A program made the translations under genes and the position numbers. Shown one piece after another: positions 59,301-64,000 of a stretch of DNA of 64,000 nucleotides. Origin of the DNA: Elsinoe ampelina (Eukaryota); assembly GCA_010093995.1 (NCBI GenBank), contig ML992517.1:200677-264676 (forward strand). The letters run 5' to 3'. The notes below the pieces were generated by a model. That model saw only the letters and a program-made list of their open reading frames with translations. It searched no databases and was not told where the DNA came from. Numbering within the stretch: the first letter of the stretch is position 1; each line of letters starts with the position of its first letter.

Positions 59301-61808
59301 AGTGTTTCTTTAATCTAGTCTACGTCTAGATTATGTTATTAAAGCTAGTCTATACTAAGTACTATATTATACTACATGTTAACTATATCAATTAATTGTT
59401 TTTCTATATATGTTTTAATTTAGATTATAACGTTTTATAGTTCCTAAGTAACTTTCCTGTTCTTCCCTATAGAGGTTCTATCCGCTATAGTAAGTAGGTA
59501 AGGTAACTCCTTCTAGTATTAATAAGGTTTAAGCTAATTAGCAACTATTATAGAGACGTAGCTATAGTTAGCTCCTAAATCTATTATTGCTCTTACCTTA
59601 CTCTCTTATATTTTAACTTCTAGTATAAAGTAGTTTAATATATAGATCTTTATTATATTAAGGCTTTAGCTAGTGTTATTATCTTACCTTATTAGGCAAC
59701 AACTAGCTAGTTTTTTGTTATTATAGCTCCTTAGATAAGTAGCTAATTCCTTCCTATATGTATCTACTATTAGTACTATATCTATTAGGCAAGTTGTGTT
59801 TTATTGCTATTTAATATAGTAAGGTAAACTTCTAGCGCCTAAGTCCCTTAGTAACTATAAAGTCTAATAATTCTCTACTAGTCGCACTAAGTAGTGTTAT
59901 ACACCTATATTAGTATAACTATTCCTTCCGGGTATAGCTAGGCATTAGTATTAAAGACAAAAACAAGTTATGTAGATTTATCTTATCGTGTCCTATTCTA
60001 GTAGTAGATGTATATTATTATATAATTCCTCTATATCCCTATAAGGTATACTTTAAGTCGTCTACCTAGTAGTAGTACGTCGTTGTTGTTGTTGTTAGAT
60101 AAGTCTTTATCTATGTTATTACATTATAGTTGTTTAGTGTATTCTTCGTTATATTTCTCTTCGTCGCTACTACCTCTAGTATAGTTATAGTTAGTAAGGC
60201 TACACTAAGTACATTCCTGTACTTAGCTATAGGGAATAGTACTACCTATTTCGATTACTAAGAAGTCTGTAGTGTATTTAAGACTAATAGTCTCTTCTCT
60301 AAGTACATTGTATAAGTAAATAGTATAGTACTATTTACAATCTAGATTTATGTATTTCTAGAGCGATATATAATATGCCTTTCCTTATAGTACGCTATAA
60401 GGGCTAAAGGTAAGGCTACTATATTGTCGTATAGCACTTACGCTCTAATACTTCGTCTTAATAATTGTATATTAGTAATTATCGCTAACTACCTTCTAAG
60501 GTTAGTTAATGTTACTACTAATTATAGAGAGCTCTTCTAAGTTAGGTTCCTAGTTTAGCTATTTCGTTAGTTATCTACGCTTAAATAGCTTATATAGAAA
60601 CTAACTAGATCCCTACTTGTCTAATAAGTGAATATAACAAGAGTTATCGTAATATACTATCTATAATAGCATTACGTGTTAGCTTTGTTATTTGCTATTA
60701 GTCGTAGAGATATTAAGCGTAACATCCGGAGAGGATTCTACTACCTCTCGAGTTATTATAGACTTCTTCTATATTTCCTCGCCTACGCTAAAGGTCGTTA
60801 GGTCTTCTATAGTAGTGTTAGCCTTTTTCTCTACTAGCCCGGCAACTATTATATATAATCTATTAGCTAGCGCCCCTTGTTAGTAGTCCCTAGCCTAATA
60901 CCTAGGTCTTTTATACTTAAAATATAGATTATCTTGTCTATACTTCTCTCTCTCTTTTCTACTAAGGAACTTTCCTCTACGACTTTAGCCTTGTGTCTAT
61001 AAGAGGCAACCTTCGCGTATAGCGTTAAGTTCTATAGAGTCTCTATAGTTTCGGGAGAAACGCGTATATCTAGTGTTTGCCTTATATCCTCTACGACGTT
61101 CTATACGTTATTTGTAAAGTTAGTTATTAATAGCAATCGTAGTATCTACTAGTTCTTAGAGGCTATTAGGTAGCTTAAGTATTATTTAGTCCTTAACTAA
61201 GTCGCTTAGTCCTTAGTAGAATACTAAATGTTTAGCACTATTATTCTAGTCTAGGTATATTATAAGTTATTAGAACTAGGAGTAGTACTAGGCTATAGAC
61301 CTATGTTATTATAGTTATTAGATCTTCGTCGTAGCAATGTATTCCTTATTAGATACGTTAAAGACTTACTTAATCTTTACCTAGAAGATACTAAAGCTCT
61401 TAAAGATAGCCTTTATATCTAGGCCTAGTTATCTATCTAGGTAGCTACTTATATAAGGCTCGAACTACCTAAAGGTAGCGCCCTTAAGGTGTATCCTAGT
61501 ATAGAGGACCTTTACTACGTCGTTAGCGTACTTGTCTCTCTCTAGAGCGAAGAAGGCTTTAAGTTAAATAAGAAAGCGCCTTAAGTAAGCGTAGTCCCTA
61601 TAGAAGAGTTCTACTTCTAACTTAGGCTTACTCTATTCTTCTATACTAATAGACCTTCTATGTTCGCCCGAGGTTAAACTAGTAGTAGACATGTTGTTAA
61701 TAGTAAGCTTTTCTAGCTTACTAGCAATTAAAGATGCTAATAGTAACTTAGAGCGAGAGTTACTTATTAACCTTATAGCGTGCTATGCTATAGTAAGGGT
61801 AGTTAAAA

Positions 61809-62272
61809 TATTACGAACTGTCTAAATATAGCCTACGTTAGTAGTCTAAGCTAAGCTAAGAACGAGGTAGTTCTACTTCTATAGTAGTATAGTACTAAGG
61901 TAAGAGTTAGAGAAGGTATATCTTATAGATAATAAAGTATAATTAGATAGTATTACAAAGGCTAGCCTTAGTAATACTAGTGTTTGCTATCTAGACGAGG
62001 TTAACTATAGTACTTATATAAGGTAAGGACTATTTCTATATACTTGTGTTCTTTATCGCGTACTTTATATACTCTATATGCTCCGTAGCGAAAGCTAGGG
62101 GCAGCATAGAGTACATGTCTACTAGTAACCTACGCGCTCTATAGTCTCTAGGGTAGAGCCGCTAGAGAAGATAGAGAACCGGGTAAATGTCGGGCTAGGT
62201 TACGTAATAACCTTAGTAGTTTAATTAGTCCTAACGTCCCTACGCTCTAGCTTATCCTACTAGTTCGTAACA
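61809..62272 (-). repeat. 5' LTR
   Basis: Begins TATTACGAAC (RIP form of TGTCACGAAC), ends GTTCGTAACA; differences I checked against the other LTR are C/T or G/A transitions. Confidence 0.95.
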
Positions 62273-64000
62273 CTATTATAACTATAGTTCCCGCGTATAC
62301 TATAATAGATCCTTGCTACTACTATATAGGTTAATACTATAAACTCTAAAGATATAAGAAAAAGGTAATAAGTTAAGTTATAGACAACTCTTAAAGAAAG
62401 TAGACTACTAGCTAAAAATTTTAATATTCTCTTTGTTATATATTAACTTTTTATACTATTTTATTTATAACTAACTATGCTAAGTATAGCTTACTCTAAC
62501 TATAGTAACGACAACTATTATATAAGTAAGATCCCTCTACCCTCTACTAATAATAATAATAAACCTATCTAGTTATTCTATTATAACCTTATTCGCCTTA
62601 ATAACTCTAACCTAAAGAAGAGATTATAAGAGTTAGATAGTATAATTACTCTATGTAAGGCCTTTACCTTTATTAAGTCTACCTATAATAAATAGGTTAC
62701 TATATATAACTTAGTATATTTTAATACTCTTAATCTATATAACTAGTTAGACAACGTCCTTATTAAACTAAATATAGCTAATAGTACTACTAATAATCTT
62801 ACTACCTAGGCCGCGTACTACTTTACTAATATTAGTAAACTTAAAACTAAACTAGCCTAGCTAAGAGCTAAGATAGAACGCACTATACTAGCCTCTTCTA
62901 TATATGTATTACATTGTTAAAGAAGATACTAGACCCCGCTATCTTCTCTAGTAGTACTCTAGAATAGTTTAAGGTCTTTAAATATTAGATAAAGAATAAG
63001 ATATATACTAACGCTAACTACTTCTCTACTAAGGCTATCTAGTTTATCTACCTATACTTACGCCTCTCTAATAAAGTATATACCCTCGTTATAGACACCG
63101 CTAGTAATAATACTATTAGCGTTAATAAGACTCTTACTCTCCTAGCCTAATACTTTAAGAATCCTAACTATAAGACTATAGTACGTACTTAGTTTACTAG
63201 TCTCTTCTAGTGTAATATCTCCTTTAACTCCTTTATTAGTAAGTTTAATAAGTATACTTTCTACGCTAAGATTACTAAAGATAAATAGCTCTACTAGCTT
63301 TAGTAGAAAATATCTAGTAAGCTATATACTACCCTTATTAACTTCGATACTAATAGTCTTTCTATCTTTATTATAAAGGCTTATACTACTAATTATAATA
63401 TCTAGTAGAGTAACCTTATTACTAAGCGTACATAGGCTTTATGCCTTAGCCTAGCTATAAGCTATACCGCTACTACCTCTACTTATATATCTTATTCTAC
63501 CTCTATACTTACTACTCTAGCTACCTTCTACTCTATTACTAGAGGTGCTCTATAGCCTTTCTGTCTAACTTAGGCACTTACCTACTATATATGTAGTAAA
63601 CCTAGCTATATCTCTACTAAGTATATAGCTAGTACTTTAGAGAAGGCTACTTACGCTACTATACGCTCTATACGTATTAGTACTATAGAGGAGATATAGT
63701 AGCTCTAGAATCGCTTAGCTAAGTTAAGTAACTAAGTTAATACTAGTTCGGCTTATGAACTAGATCTAGTTTAGCCTTAGTTCGACCCTAAAATAGACTA
63801 TAAACCTACTAGTTTCTCTAGCTAGAGAAACAAGTAGCTAGAGAATAAGTCCTATTCTCTAGCGAAATAAGAGTAATTCGAGATAGATCTAGAGATATAT
63901 ACTTAATAAACAGCGTTATTAGCTACTATATCCCTGCTATTATAACTCCTATTACTATTTACAACTCTTATAATATAAGGGCTTAGTATTAGAGCGGCAC
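62273..64000 (+). mobile_element. Second RIP-decayed gypsy-type element (gag and start of pol), host of the nested insertion; left part probably 55017-55252
   Basis: Plus-strand relic KKI(P)DPAIFS(G)...IKNKIYTNANYF...YLYLRLS at about 62920-63070, zinc knuckle TAC-TAT-ATA-TGT-AGT-AAA-CCT-AGC-TAT-ATC-TCT-ACT-AAG-TAT (CX2CX4HX4C after de-RIP) at about 63583-63624, and gag-end-like GAAACAAGTAG at about 63827-63837. Confidence 0.75.

Larger units (their letters stand above)
55253..62272 (-). mobile_element. Full-length Ty3/gypsy chromovirus-type LTR retrotransposon, RIP-inactivated
   Basis: Twin 464-bp LTRs and 5-bp TSD CTATT (55248-55252, 62273-62277). Minus-strand relics in order: gag (start about 61693), protease ID(S)GA about 59570, RT KTAFRT...YLVM(P)F(G)LTNA...YLD(D)I about 58740-58590, RNase H NYDIYDKELLAII about 58055-58017, integrase DRDKLFTS about 57240, chromodomain YLI.(W)KG...(W)E about 56510-56460. 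Polypurine tract AAAGGAGAAGAGTAA at 55731-55717. Confidence 0.95.
54795..64000. other. AT-rich RIP-mutated repeat block (probable heterochromatin)
   Basis: Abrupt drop in GC, saturation with TpA (TAG/CTA/TAA), depletion of CpA/TpG, almost no ORFs, recognisable retroelement relics. Confidence 0.95.

Noticed and set aside
60692..60883. 63-aa ORF in the AT-rich block
   Set aside because: Antisense shadow of the RIP-decayed gag region.

Overview
Eukaryotic DNA from a filamentous ascomycete, probably a Dothideomycete (inferred from short GT-AG introns with CTRAY branch sites, gene families and RIP). Bases 1-54.7 kb are gene-dense. Conserved genes there are an M1 aminopeptidase 3' end, a BC10/BLCAP homolog, a Sly41-like translocator, a PUF protein, a TPR-SET protein, an MFS transporter, the complex I 78-kDa subunit, GNT1, an ACBP protein, an SDR, SEY1 and a chromodomain-CCCH protein. 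Accessory genes are a roughly 2,200-aa Ulp1 protease/Zn-finger/six Myb-HTH protein, a decayed secreted-protein pseudogene, two tandem dynamin-like GTPases, an SF1 helicase-nuclease and two orphans. From about 54.8 kb to the end is an AT-rich RIP-mutated block. It holds a complete chromodomain-type Ty3/gypsy element (464-bp LTRs, CTATT TSD) nested in a second gypsy element. The most striking pattern is five in-frame TAG codons in four accessory genes (736, 3317, 8380, 22391, 47180), each with coding-like sequence continuing past it and one splitting a Myb repeat. This fits either conditional UAG recoding (A-to-I editing to Trp, or readthrough) or RIP-type nonsense mutation; sequence alone cannot decide. 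The retroelement also carries a relic antisense ORF with Zn2Cys6 spacing. All identifications are by eye, without database searches.
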